64,000 nt of DNA from Callorhinchus milii (lineage: Eukaryota): NCBI RefSeq assembly GCF_018977255.1, contig NW_024704742.1:82276001-82340000 (forward strand), written 5' to 3'. Within the stretch, counting starts at the first letter, position 1; each line of letters starts with the position of its first letter. Position numbers and translations under genes: made by a program. The notes under the pieces were generated by a model, which worked only from the letters and a program-made list of their open reading frames with translations, had not been told where the DNA came from and searched no databases. Of the stretch, positions 38,801 to 51,757 are shown one piece after another.

Positions 38801-39171
38801 TCAGGGTGTATAGGATGGTTGTGGAGAATGGTGGGAGTGGGGAGTTGGGGAGGGTACGTATGAGGGAGGGGGAAGTTGTGTTTGCCTTAAGGAGGCGGTT
38901 TGTGCGGAGGAACACTTGTTTGTGGGACACTTGGGGTTGCTGCTCTGGGACAGCCAGTCTGGGAGCCACGATGGGCCCGGTGGAAGATGCCCAGACTGGA
39001 GCAGAGGGAAGTGGTGATGGGGTCGAGGAGAGAAAGAAGGCGGGGAGGACGGTGGGAGAGAAGGACAGAGTGGGAGTAGCGGATAGAGAGGGGTGGGAGG
39101 AGAGACATTTAGAGTGGAGGGGGAGGCTTTGGTCAGGGCAGCAGCCAAAACGCGCATGCAGATACCGGTAC
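35875..39171 (-). mobile_element. Near-complete L2 LINE (tail type 2): N-terminal extension, APE endonuclease, RT and tail; frameshifted
   Basis: Minus strand ~38750-38540 LQNVCSLSNKALTVHDLILDEYLDILGLRETWLSP..PGYSF..GGVALISK (APE); LDLVIT..SDHFLI; PWYN; FHMYADNTQLY; SRLDY; LHWLPVPERIDFKIL; tail at 35875-35945. Confidence 0.95.
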
Positions 39172-39781
39172 GGATGAACAATCCTAATCACAACAATAAT
39201 AATATTAATCAGATCACAAGATTGTTTTGGAAGAAGAATGTCCTTCAATCCATCAGATCTTATCGCTCCAGAATGCCCATCCTACCATCACAGCATCAAG
39301 CTGCTTTTCAAATGAGTCCAGTCTCCTGCTGAAATTGCCCTTTCATGTCCTAAACCTTTCTGTTTCCTGTTACTGTGGGTGGTGAATTTATTATTTTATT
39401 TAATCATAAAGGGTAGAATTTTAACAGCAGTGGAAGGCAGAAAGCCCCCTCCCTTTCGGCTTGAAATTGTATGCACTTCTCCATCGACAAAATAATTACG
39501 AAATAATGGAATTTCCAAAGATTTGGAAGTATATTATTAAACTGCATTTCAAATTGCATCGGGTTATTATTTGGCATAAAGCATCAATACATCATCCTGT
39601 CCTGATAATAACATTCAAGTGTCTGCCGCATGCTGTTCTGTTGTACAGTAGAAACACGGTTTGTGGTCACCTCGGTAATCCAGCCACCTCATAATTGCGA
39701 GCACATTTTCACAGTCTCTTTCATCGTCAATGTTAAAAGATAGGCTGTCTGCTTCAGTAAACCAGGCACCTCATTATTCAG

Positions 39782-40013
39782 GTACAACCGCAGTACAAAC
39801 ACAGCCCCCTCCACTACTATCCCGTACGCAGTGCGCTAGGCCTCGGGCTTCTCGTGTTGTTTACTCAACGCTGCTACTTCGACGGAGTGGACTCCAGTCG
39901 TGCTTGCGCCATGTGGGTAGTGTTGGGATCGCGGAAGTGGTGTGATTTTAAAATTGACTTTGCCCCGGCACCTGCAGCTGAACCTGAGCTCCTGCAGCCA
40001 ATTCCTGGTAAGT
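39782..40013 (+). promoter_or_regulatory. Small CpG-rich segment with promoter-type motifs ending at a consensus splice donor; possible first exon
   Basis: About 13 CpG in ~160 bp against a CpG-poor background; GCGGAAGTG (ETS), TGTTTAC (FOX) and CGCCAT (YY1-like); CTG|GTAAGT at 40007/40008. Confidence 0.35.
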
Positions 40014-41694
40014 GCTGTAAACATGCCACCATGAAAGGAGTTGTCCTTACGTGGGAGAATGGACTTAATCAAAAACAGTGAGGGCAAAAGTCATAGACAG
40101 TTAGCTGTGATCTATGGCATTGGCGGAACACAAGTTGGATGAAAGGGAAGGTTGAATACATGACGGCTTTTGTTTTAAATGTGACAATGCCTTTATTTTA
40201 ATTGAGTTTGCAAAATATGGTTATTGAATGTTCGTCATCCTTGCCCATTACCAATGCTCTTAACATTACATCAATGACCTATTTCAGTAATCTGGTCACT
40301 TCACTAAGTAAGTCACTTTTGCCCAGTCACTTGAGTGACCGGATTAGTGAGCTTCTACTGTATATGTTGAAGACACAGTCACTGCCAGTGGTAAGGAAAG
40401 GGTAGAAGCTACAGTCTAGCAGCGTGCGGGAGGCGTATTTTATTGGAACTATCTTTCATTTCTGATCCCTATCCATACTATTTAAGCTTAAAAGCAGCTC
40501 GTATTTTGAGGATTGTGTTCAAAACTGTATCAGGAAAATGGGCAGAATAGAGGGCAGCATCTGTTTTTTCTTAAAATCCTCACATCAGAAGGTTGGGGGT
40601 AAATTTAATAATAATAATAATTGTAATAATAACAGCATTCCTTGCAATTGCTTTCATGTTGGGAGGCCATCTCAAAGCACTTCACAGGATTAACTGGAAA
40701 GTGTAACAACTGCATTTTGAATGTGAATTTGCAGACCTCTTAGTTACCTAACTCTACCCCTTCAGTAGTTAGGCTTGAAGTTGGAGAAAAGATTGATCTG
40801 TGTACAGATTGTGGGTACAAATCTCTCATAAATCAGGCAGCAAAGTTATCACCCAGAGGAAAACAAAGGGCCTGGTCATGAACCTCGTGGATGTCCAAAG
40901 CCCTGTTATCACTAAGGTGGAACATAAATTAATTACATTAATATCTCAGCAGCTCAGATTTCAGAGCAAGGCCTTTCACAGTGCCCTCAGATTATAACAT
41001 TTCATGGAGATGTAGAAATCTTCCGCATGAAAGGAGCTACCACTGTGTCACTGCTGCCTGTTTTTCTAAATTACATCTGTGTTTTAAGCCCATTTCCAGC
41101 TCTCTCCTCATAAGTTGCGCAACTTTAAATCCACTCAGACTGACGCAAAAAGTATCAGCACTCGCTGCTAGCCAAGATCAAAATATAATTGTAATATAAC
41201 GCTTGTATTTGATTCAGCGCTTTACCATCGGCCATGCAGTGAATGATGGAGCAATGTAGAGAATTGGTGGCCAGGACACGGACTGAGAGAAACTCACTCG
41301 TAGAACTTGTCCAGATTATGACATGAAGAGGGACATGTCTTGTGTTTTCACTGGGAGAGTCCTTTAGGATATTGTGTGGAACATGGAATGTTACTTTGGT
41401 GCAGCAGAGGATGCTCCACTGACGTTGATAATGAACATGTTATTGGGATAGTATAAAGAGAGGTCTCTTCTGCATTTATCCCATGTGTCATTTGCGTGTC
41501 CTGAGACTAATTCATAGCATTAGCTGTAAAAAGGGATTCTGCTTCCAGCTGTAACTCATCACTTTGATAAACCTCCATTAACCATATATAGATTTTTAAA
41601 AAATTGTCTTTTTAATAAAGTTCATGAGTTTATGTATGTTTTATATCAAACTCGAGGATTATTATAATTATTGTTATTACCACTAAGAAACAGC

Positions 41695-41965
41695 AACCAT
41701 ACATTTATACAGTGCCTTTCATGTCAGGAGGATGTCTCAATCGTTTCCCAGAGTTGAATAGGACTCCCAAGATGGAGGTGGGGGTGGAGCTGAGGAAGAT
41801 TAGGAGGGATGGAAGGTGATCAAAGGTACGGTCAAAAATAAAAGTCTTAAGGTGGGCTTTAGAGGAGGGAGAAGGAAAGATAAAAGTGAGGAGAGAGGAG
41901 AGAAGAGGAGAGGTAAAACAACAACTTGTATTTATATAGAACCCTTTGGGCAGACTCAGAGCACA
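41695..41965 (-). mobile_element. L2 3' fragments (type-1 tail, then a type-2 tail remnant)
   Basis: KAHLKTFIFDRTF on the minus strand; reverse tails at ~41700-41745 and ~41916-41965. Confidence 0.7.
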
Positions 41966-42799
41966 GAAATATACACCATAAAATTCAAGATAGAGCCATA
42001 CAGAATTGAACATGGAATTCAATAATCTGTCACTCAACAAGAAACTAATCCGAAAACAATGGCTTCATATGTTGAGATACATTTAAACAGAAACATAATT
42101 GGTCTTTGCTAATTTGTGTTTTACACATTCAGAGTTCGGATTCACCAGAGTATAAATGCGATATAATAATTACTGTTGGCAGTCTAGTTTCATTCACAGT
42201 TAAGTACTACTTAAATGGAAAAAACTTCCTGACCGACTCTTTCTTCTGCCTGTGTTAGAATCCTACTTGGTATTTCTGAGCCGCTGTTTTATTGAGTGTT
42301 TCAGGCCTTTCAGAGGGTCCTGTGATGATGAAAGCAGAGCTGTGTGCTCAACCATGGGTCAATATTAGCATGAAACAGAATGAACCAGCAAATTGCGCTG
42401 TCATTTTTCATCACTGAAAGCTCATTGTGTGGATTTAGATGAGGTTGCATCAATAAAGTATTAATAAATCACAGCTGTTGAAATAATGAGTCTTCGAATT
42501 AGAGCCTTGAACCCTTTAAATAAGGCCCAAAGCAGGAGCCAGTTTTCCTTATATTAATAATTTAGAATCATTTTATACAGAGATGCAGACTCTCTGTACT
42601 CTTCTCTGAAGTAGTCTTGCAGTCTTTAAAAGTAGCCGACATTCTAAAGAGTGGGTGAGAACTCTTCATTCTGCAGCTGTAATTATCCGAGCAGTTAGAA
42701 GTACTGATGAGAGGGTAAAAATATTGTATATCGACCATTTTTACAAATTCCTTTTTTTACAATTTATTCCAAATATTCACTCTAATGAGAAAAACAACA

Positions 42800-43130
42800 T
42801 AATTTTGCCATGATATGAGGATTTTTCGTTTTGGAACCTCTTCCCTTTAATTTTCCTCTCATGATCCAAGTCAAATGTACTGCACACAGCTACCTTGCCC
42901 ATAGCATTCATTTTATTAAATACCCAGGTCAAATATCCTTTCAATTTTCAATCCTGCAATGTGAATGCGTTCAACTCTCTCATCATATCTTAAGACACTT
43001 TAAGTCCCAGGATAATATTTGTTGCTCTTTCCTGAATTCTCTTAAAGTGCTAATATTGTTCCTGAAGGTAGGGTGCACATGTCTGCACAAAATATTCGAA
43101 ATTGGCCTCAGTTATTATCTGCACAACCCA
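42800..43130 (-). mobile_element. Old CR1 ORF2 C-terminal fragment
   Basis: Minus strand aactgaggccaatttcgaatattttgtgcag...caccctaccttcagg (degenerate LVRP.LEY.VQ..SPY.R). Confidence 0.6.
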
Positions 43131-43697
43131 CAGCAATAGAAAGATGATAGGTATATTGCAAGGATGAGACCAAATGGGATGAAGGGTCTGTATTTTTCAG
43201 CCATGCCTCTTGACTGCATAAAAACAATATTGTTTCTACTGATTGAAAACTGTGAATTTTCTTACGCTGTGTCACTGTCTTTCCCGTATCACAATATATT
43301 TTGATTCTAAAGCATGATTCCCATCTATGGTTTTAGATACTCTGTTATTACATTTTTTTTAAGGATGAATAATATCCTACTCTCTGCTAAGTGTTTGTGT
43401 GTGTATGTGTGATATGGAGGAATAGTGAGTGTATCCAATTGCTGCTGTTCTGCTGCACTATAAAGGCATTTGATTTCAGGTGGTCTACTCGATTCATCCA
43501 ACATCTGGAAGCACAGGGCATTGTGCTGAATTTAAAAAAGTGGCTGAAAATAACTTTCTAGTTGAATTTTAAGCAATCTAATGATCAAAATAATCTGGTG
43601 TACTCTGCCAAATTCACTGAATTATTCATTGAATACATACACTCACCTTGGGCATTTTGACACTTCAGCAATCCAATGTTATTATATGATTTTCTGA

Positions 43698-44185
43698 AAT
43701 ACATTTGTATAGCGACTTTCATGTTGGGAGGACATCCCATGGTGCTAGACAGTCAGGAATTTGGACCCGAGCAGGGGATAGGTATTAGAAGGGGTGGAGG
43801 GCAGGGAGTCTAGGAATAGAAGGGTGAATGAAGGCACAGCCAAAGTGGAGGGTCTTGAGACGTACCTTGAAGGAGGCAAGTGAGGGAGCAAGGCAAAGGG
43901 ACTGTGGGATGTAGTTCCAAAGGGCGGGGCAGAGATGCTGAAATCAGTACCCAAAAGTAAGAATCTCTTTCAAATGTTGATTGTCTTGCTGCAATTGTTC
44001 TTTATTTTTTGTTTAGGCTATAATATTTTTGACGTAGCAACAATACCAAATTGCATTGATAAAACACCTTTCACGTCAGAAGGACATCCCAAGATGCTGG
44101 ATAGTGAATGGTTTGCATCCGAGCTGGAAATTAGATTCAGGAGGGATGGGGGCAAAGGGGATTGGGGCGGTGGTGGGAGGGGGGG
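43698..44185 (-). mobile_element. Two L2 3' fragments (43698-43950 and 44040-44185)
   Basis: Reverse type-1 tails ctttcatgttgggaggacatccc and cctttcacgtcagaaggacatccc, with upstream FS..APP.WN-type sequence. Confidence 0.75.
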
Positions 44186-44569
44186 CCCCGAAAGAGTGGT
44201 CATCTTCCCTCTTACTAATAATTAAAGATTCCAGTGGCATTTAACATGTCATTGACACGTAAGAAACTCTCTGAAACTCATCATTATCAGCGAATTGCAT
44301 ACAGCATGCATGACTTTCAATCAGTTATTTGTAGAAAATTGAACCTAAGGGGAGGAGAACCCATTGATCTTCAACAGGTTCTGGAGTGTTTAGCAATGCA
44401 AATCACTACCTTTAGGCCTAATTAACCACTAAACGTTTTATCTTTCAAAAAACAGATGGGACCAAGTGACAGTTCTGAGTTGTGCTTCAGATTAACGGGG
44501 AAAAAGTGAGCTCACAGTCGCTGAAGTTGGCAATCGCACCGACCACCAAAACCTAAGCATAGGTGTGTT

Positions 44570-45022
44570 AGCCTGGCTTAGTTGGTAGCACTCTTGTCTC
44601 TGAATCAGAATGATTTGGGTTCAAACCCCAGGTTGTGACTTTAAACTCACATAGACTATGTGACACATTCCAATGCAATGCTGGGAGTGTGTTATATTGT
44701 TTGATATATATATTGTTTGATGAGTGTGTTATATTGTTATATTGCTTCAACTGAGATGTTAAAACTGAGATATGCCTTTTCAGGTGGATGTTAAATATCC
44801 CATGGCAATATTCAAAAAGACCAGGGAGTTTGTCCTGGTGTCATGGCCAACATTCCCCAAATAAGATTTATAATTCATTTCATGACTTTCTTGGACATTG
44901 CTATGAGCATTTGCTGTGTGTAGAGCTGCTTCATTTGCCTATAAATTATACAGTTTACAGTAAAATACTGTAAAGTATTTAAAGATGTCTTGCTGACGTG
45001 AAAGGCACAATATCAAATGCAT
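44570..45022 (+). mobile_element. Deu-domain SINE (family B), near full length
   Basis: cctggcttagttggtagcactcttgtctctgaatcagaa...caggtggatgttaaatatcccatggc...gacgtgaaaggcacaatatcaaatgca. Confidence 0.82.
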
Positions 45023-45886
45023 TTCTGATGTCCAATAGAGACACATATCATGGCAGGTTATCATTAGCTCTTCCACAAGTCTATAGGATTTTAAATGAAT
45101 TCAAATTTTGAATGAGTGGAAGAATGTTAGAATTTACTGCCAACAATAAGTCTTTGTTTATTCTTTCAATACTCTGCTCCCCAACCTCCAGATTGAGATT
45201 TTCCCACCAGTGGGAGGTGGAAATTATACTTTTATAGTTACTAATATAATTGAACACCTCCCGGCAGAGCTTTCCAATTAATCCTCAACAACTAAGTGCT
45301 GGTGGTCGAGAGTTAATGCGGGACTGAGGGACTAAGACATGCAGTTGGTGGGTTGGGTGCAAAGGGGGAGAGGAAGAGAATTGAGAGCAATGCCAAACCA
45401 ACAGGGGCCTGAAACTACACCCAATCTTAGACTGTAACATCATTCTATCTTCAAGATTGCACATAATTGTGAAAAGTTCTTAAACTCAACCTTGATATGA
45501 CAGTTTTTTTTGTAATTCTTGAAAAGACTAATTTACTGAATTGTGACTGAATTTAAGAATTTTCCATATTTGTACAATTTTACATTTTAAGACAACCTGG
45601 TCTTACAGGCTAATGATATTAAAACCTGAGAGGCCAGAGATTTAGGGCCTCAGATTTTAATTCTCTTTAATAAACACTTTCCGCAATCCCTCTGTTTACC
45701 CCTCTCTTGCCTCTTTCAATTCCCATTTGAAGACCTTCCTCTTCAACCTTGCCTTCGGGAACTCTGGAATACACACCATGCATTCAGTCATTAAGTGACA
45801 ATTCATATCTGTTGGTGTAATGATTTGTTTCCATTCGCTCATGTGAATTATCATTCTAATGGTCAGTGAAATTATTGTTCCGCTGT

Positions 45887-47592
45887 GTGTCTGACACATG
45901 CGAAAAACCATCACCATACTTAAGAATGTCCAAACCAAACTGAGAATTCCACGCATCCCACCTATACTTGGAAATTCCAGAGTGGAATGGAATGCGCACT
46001 CTCTCCCCGGAGGGACACATCCTGCGTATCTAATTCTGGAATGTATTAGATATGGGTTGGCAAGAGCCAGGACTTGGGGACACCATTGTGTGTGTTTGGG
46101 TACTGTTGGAGTCTAACCAGCTAAAACCGCATAACTTACCATTTGTGACACTGAATGGCAAGCTTTCCGGCTGCTTATCCAGCTAGGACCATCCTACCCA
46201 ATAGAGCTTTGGCTTGCAGGTACAACAGCTGAGTGGGATGACTTCCTGCCCCCAGTGACTGGTCTGCCCTTTCAAGTCCTACCGATGAGCCAGGCTGGCT
46301 GTGCTGTCATCTGAAATAACATTATGCATTCAGTCATGCGGAAACCCATCACCATGCTTAAGAGTATCCTTGGAACACTGCAGATCCGCAGTACCTTGAA
46401 GCCAGTTCAGCTCCAAGGAGACCTCGCTTACCTTCCCCCAAGGAGGATTGTCACTAGTTGGTCTATTGACATCAGCCAAGCATGGATTTGAGCTCTCACT
46501 GGGTGGATGGTAGGTACCAGGAACTCCCTGTGAGCCTTCCCGATATGAAAACTTAGCTATATGGTATCTCAGCATGAAATGTGCAAGAGCATTGCCACCG
46601 TCTTCCTGTCCGCTGCTCGGGCACACATCCCTTCCCATTGAGAGTTGGTTCCGCCAATTGGAGGTGCGGAGTTTAAGCAGCAGCTGTTTGCCTCTCTGCA
46701 GGCCGATCAAGGAAATTCCAAGTGCTGGATGTACAAACGTGTGATCACGAACTCGGACTCCAGTTAACGCCTTCCAGCAGCTGATGCCCCAAACTTGAGA
46801 GTTTCCTCACCAGCTATTTGTTGTGTAGTGTGGATCATTAGGTGTGAATTAGAAACCACAACGATTTTACATTTATATGGTGCCTTTCACAATGGCCAAG
46901 AGTATTACAGTGCTTCACAGAGCCGCTTGGGAGACTCAGCACTAAGTGTGGGGGGAGCTGAGAATGGTTGATGGGTGGGGTTAGATGACCAAAAGCACGA
47001 TGGAAAAAAAGAGCTTAAGGTGGGCATTGGGAGTATAGGGAGGAGGGAGTCTGGGGTGGAGTTTCATACTATGTCTTAAGTGACATAACACAGTCAATGG
47101 AAAGGAGCCTGGAAGATAATGTGGGATCCTCTACAGTATTATTCGCAAGAGGAAACATTATTTGAGTGTTCTTACTTACAACTGTGAAATCTGAAGGGAT
47201 GAGCCCACCACAGGGAAAGGTCGTAACTCTCACCAAGTCCCAGGATTTTATACATAGTGGAGTGGAATACAAAAGTAAAAATACAATATTAAATGTATAC
47301 TCAATGAGCCAAGTGACCTTGTTTGTTGTAATTTCTATGATAATATGTGTGAAATCTCACCAGAAATCTTTTCCCAGTACCTATTTATTATGGCCAGCTT
47401 GGTGTCTGACACATGCAGAAACCCATTACCGTTTAATAATATCTAACAAAACTGCTGAGAATTTCATATTAGGATTGAAATTTCCCTGTGTCTGGAATGG
47501 ATTGCATACTCTCTCCCCAGAGGAGCGCAACTTGCTTACCTAATCCTGAAACATTTAGACACAGGTTGGCAAGAGCTGAGGCTTGGGAGACC
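45887..47592. repeat. Pair of ~195-bp diverged direct repeats (45887-46084 and 47402-47592) with a third partial copy at 46335-46370; family unknown
   Basis: Both begin gtgtctgacacatgc and share tggaatgga.tgc..actctctcccc.gagg and ggttggcaagagc....cttggg. Confidence 0.8.
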
Positions 47593-48269
47593 CTAGTACA
47601 TATAAACTGCATTGTCTTACAAGGTGGCTATTCCAAATGGAATTATATAAGTGCACGAAAGTCAAATTTTGTCAGTCTTCTGTCTGTCGTCGTCTCTGAT
47701 GCTTTTAAAATTGACCTTGATCTCTTATCATTTGAGGTGCTTCAAAGGTGAGGTCAAGCCTATTGCGTTCTTAGGGTAATAACGTTGAAGGCATTGCTGC
47801 AATAATCAAATACATTTACCAATTGGTAAGAGCATTTTCTGTTGTGTTATTTAACCCAAGATGGCTGTGATGCCGATTTACACTGTATGTGCAAAACATT
47901 GATCCGGTGGGTGTCTTACTATCCTGAGATATTGATCTGGTTTTAACATATTTATTGGCACGCTTCTTCAGTAAAGGGGTGAAGCGTTTGCCAAAATTGT
48001 ATTTCCTTTCTATCAGGATTATAACTGACACAACGATCTGTAACAACAGTACAGCAATGATCATCTGGGATTAAGAGATCTGTCAAACTGTGTTATTTAT
48101 TCTTTTGTTAAAAAGAAAAGATTAGCCAATAATTTACTAGTGGTTTCATAAAAGGTAAGCACTTAGTAAGCTGCAGTGATATATTAGATAACTAAAGGGA
48201 AATACAGTAGTTAAAACAGATTGAATTACCGATAGACTGATTCTGAAAGAAAAAGATATTTTAATGTTT

Positions 48270-48660
48270 TCCTCTTCCTGCATGAAATGTTAAATTTAGC
48301 TTGACGTAAGGAATAGAGAGGGACAGGGCACAGAGCAAGACCCCAATGGAAAGAAGTGAGAGAGATGGCTGTGAAAGTTCGATGAATCAGCCTGGGAGCA
48401 AAGTGCAGCAGAAAAGTAGAGAGCACCAGCCTAAATGTGAGGAAATATAAATGTTTTAGAAAGTAATAATAAGGGAGACTGAGATTGTGACCAGGTCAGA
48501 GAAAGAGATATGTAAAGGTCAGAGTGAGAGAGAAATGAGAGGTGTGATTGGATTGGCTGAAAGATAGGATCAAGGAAGAGAAGATGCTCAGCAGAAGTAA
48601 AATCAGTTCCTGGAGCCTAGTGCTGGGTGCAGAAGTAGGGTCAGTGTAAAAATAAATGTC
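48270..48660 (-). mobile_element. Very old L2 RT fragment
   Basis: Purine-rich plus strand; minus ggggtcttgctctgtgccctgtccctctctattcct resembles [13 protein letters not shown] coding sequence. Confidence 0.45.
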
Positions 48661-49364
48661 TGGAAATAAATCACTGCTCAACAACCCACTCGTATGATTT
48701 AATAGATGACGTACAGATAGGCTTAACAACTGAGACATTATCTTTTGTCTGAACATTCTTTAAATAGTCACTAATTACTACCAAGACTCTCAACCTGAAT
48801 TTCTATTGCAATGATCGCACAGTTCTCATTGTGACATCTATTAAAGATGGGCATAGACTTGCTTGACTGCTCAGGCAGTAACAATCTGTGATTCATGCAG
48901 TGGCTTGGATGCTTCACGCAGTTTGCAACAGATTCGAGCAGCAACATCTTTACTACTCTCACTAATCTCTCACTTCATCACTGGCATGGGAAATGATTAG
49001 GATGGAACCATTTGTTCCGCTTCCAAGTGATTTATTTCTCAAATCTGTTGTGATTTTGTTTCAATTCGCTTGCATTCACAATTATTGGGGCTTACAATGC
49101 AGCATACTTAAATTACATTTTGGTTGTGTTTTCGAATAAGCAGTGTTGTTGGAGTTTATTGTCGGAGCCATTTCTAGAGTTTTCCAGTGTCTGGAACCCA
49201 ATAGGTGTAGGTATCCAAATATTAAGAACTTCATCTTCAACCTCAACTTCAAAATGTTCTCAAATCAAAAGGTTTAATTTCTATTGGAGCAGCACATCAG
49301 TCTTCCTTGGCCACCTTTCTGGTTCTCCCCCCTCAACAAAGGACAATGAATAATTGGAACAGGT

Positions 49365-51757
49365 TAGCCGACAAGGCCGTCTCCGATCACCACATCATCT
49401 CCTTCACCACCTCCATCCCCCTCCCCACCTCCACCAGACCCACCACCATCTTCCACCACCCCTGGAAGAAGTAACCCCCACAATCCCTAACCACTGCCTT
49501 GGAGTCCTCTGAACTCCTCTCCCTCTGGCCTTCATCCCTCACTGACCCCTCTTCTGCTCTCCCCCTTCCTCCACAACACCCTCTCCTCCACACTTGACAC
49601 TTTTGCCCCTATCACCTCCCATACTGTCTCCTACTCTCGCTCCTCCCCCTGGTACACCACCCACCTCCGCTCACTGAAGAGCCAGGTGCGGGCCGCTGAA
49701 CGCACCTGCCTCAAATCTGGCCTAACGGTCCACCGACAAATCTGGCTGGACCTCCTCAAATTCTACCGCTCCACTCTAGCCTCGGCCAAGTCATCCTTCT
49801 ACTCCAGGATAATCCTGAAAGCGAAGAACAACCCCAGGCTTCTGTTCTCTACCACATCCCGACTCCTCCGTCCCCCCCGCCATCCTGCGCAGTTCATCTC
49901 TTCCAACCTTCACTGCGAGGAGATGCTGGATTTCCTTGAAACCAAAATCAAGGGAATCCGCTCCGCGGTCACTGTTCCTCCAACTTCCACCCACACCCCA
50001 CCCCTTCCCTCCCACACTTCGACTCCTACCCATCCTCCCCTACACACCTTCGAACCCGTTTCCCCACCCTCTGTCACCAACCTCATCCTATCCCTGAAAC
50101 CCAACACCTGCTCCCTTGACTCCATCCCCACTCCACTCCTTATCTTCCAGCTCCACCTCCTTGCCCCACTTCTCACAGACATCGTCAACCTGTCCCTCTC
50201 CTCTCGCTCTGTTCCCATTCCCCTCAAAACTGCCACCATCACTTCCACTTTGAAAAAACTCTTCCTTGATGCGTGGCAGCTATCAAGCTACCAGCCCATC
50301 TCCAACCTCCCCTTCCTGTTCAAGGTCCTTGAAAGAGTCATCGCCTCCCAGCTGCACTCTTTCCTCTCCATCCATTAATTATTCGAACCCCTTCAGTCTG
50401 GTTTTCGTGCTGCCACAGCACAGAAACTGCCCTGGTCAAGGTCACTAATGATATCTTGACCATCTGCGATCAGGGCTCCCTCTGCCTCCTCGTCCTCCTC
50501 GACTTATCGACCGCATTCGATACGGTCGACCACGCTATCCTCCTCCACTGCTTGTCCTCACCCTCAACATTCAAGGTCCTGTCCTTGAGTGGTTTAGGTC
50601 GTACCTCTCCCACCGTCTTCATTTTGTTTCCACAAACGGCTTTCTCTCCAGCCCCCACACTGTCTCGTGTGGCGTCCCTCAGGGCTCTGTCCTCGGTCCC
50701 CTCCTCTTCACCCTCTATATGCTCCCTCTCGGTGACATCATCTGCAGACATGGAGTTAACTTTCACATGTATGTGGATGACACCCAACTCTACCTTTCCT
50801 CCTCTACTCTCAACTCCACGACCACCGATGTCCTGACAGCTGCCTGTCCGACATCGAGTCCTGGACGAGAGACAACTTTCTTCAGCTCAATGTGCGCAAA
50901 ACTGAGGCCCTCCTGATTGGCTCACGTCAGTGCCTCCGCACCTCAGGCGCTGACAGCGTCAGCATCCAAGGCTGCACTCTCCACCTCTCAAAGCCAGTCA
51001 GGAACCTCGGGGTTCTGTTCGACCCTGAGCTGTCCTTTCTTCCTCATATCCGCGCCACAACTGGCACCGCCTTCCGTCACCTCCGGAATATCACCAGACT
51101 ACAGCACTACCTCACCCCTCACGCTGCTGAAACTCTGTTCCACGCCTTTATCACCTCAAGGCTGGACTATGGGAACTCTCTCCTCGCCGGCCTTCCCGGC
51201 ACCTCCCTCCACAAGCTGCAGGTCATTCAGAACTCTGCAGCTCGTGTACTGTCCCGCACCAGGCTTCGGGACCACATCACTCCCACCCTCGCTTGCCTCC
51301 ACTGGCTCCCCATCCCCCAGAGGATTGATTTCAAGATCCTCATCCTCACCTACAAGGCCATTCATGGCCTTGCTTCCTCCTACCTCTCCGACCTACTAAC
51401 CCCCTACTTACCTGCCCGTACCCTCCGTTCCTCTGGCTCCGGTCTGCTCCACATTCCCCGCCCCAACCGCCCTACCATCGGTGGCCGGGCCTTCAGCCCC
51501 AAGACTCTGGGACTCCATCCCCCAGTGCCTTTGCCTTGCTTCCAACCTTTCCTCCTTCATGGCCGGTCTCAAGACCCTTCTCTTCGACCGTGCCTTCAGC
51601 TCCCCTCTTGACTCTCTACCCCCTCCTCACTCCCTCGCTTCCCTCCCCTCACCCTGACCATTTCCCCCCTGCTCAGGTCCCGACCCAACTGTCCAGCGCC
51701 TTGGGTCGTCCTCCTGACGTGAAAGGCGTCTAGATTAAATATTGTTGTTGTTGTTGT
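49365..51757 (+). mobile_element. Long L2 LINE (5'-truncated, tail type 1), few frameshifts
   Basis: SDHH (end of endonuclease), [75 protein letters not shown]; tail and (GTT)n. Confidence 0.96.

Noticed and set aside
38457..39248. 263-aa Pro/Ser-rich ORF as a mucin-like gene or ORF1
   Set aside because: It is an off-frame reading of the C-rich L2 strand; the true endonuclease peptide lies in another frame.
49686..51611. ORFs of 230 aa and 239 aa as functional RT genes
   Set aside because: They are pieces of one frameshifted, 5'-truncated L2; a stop at 50376-50378 and frame changes break the RT.
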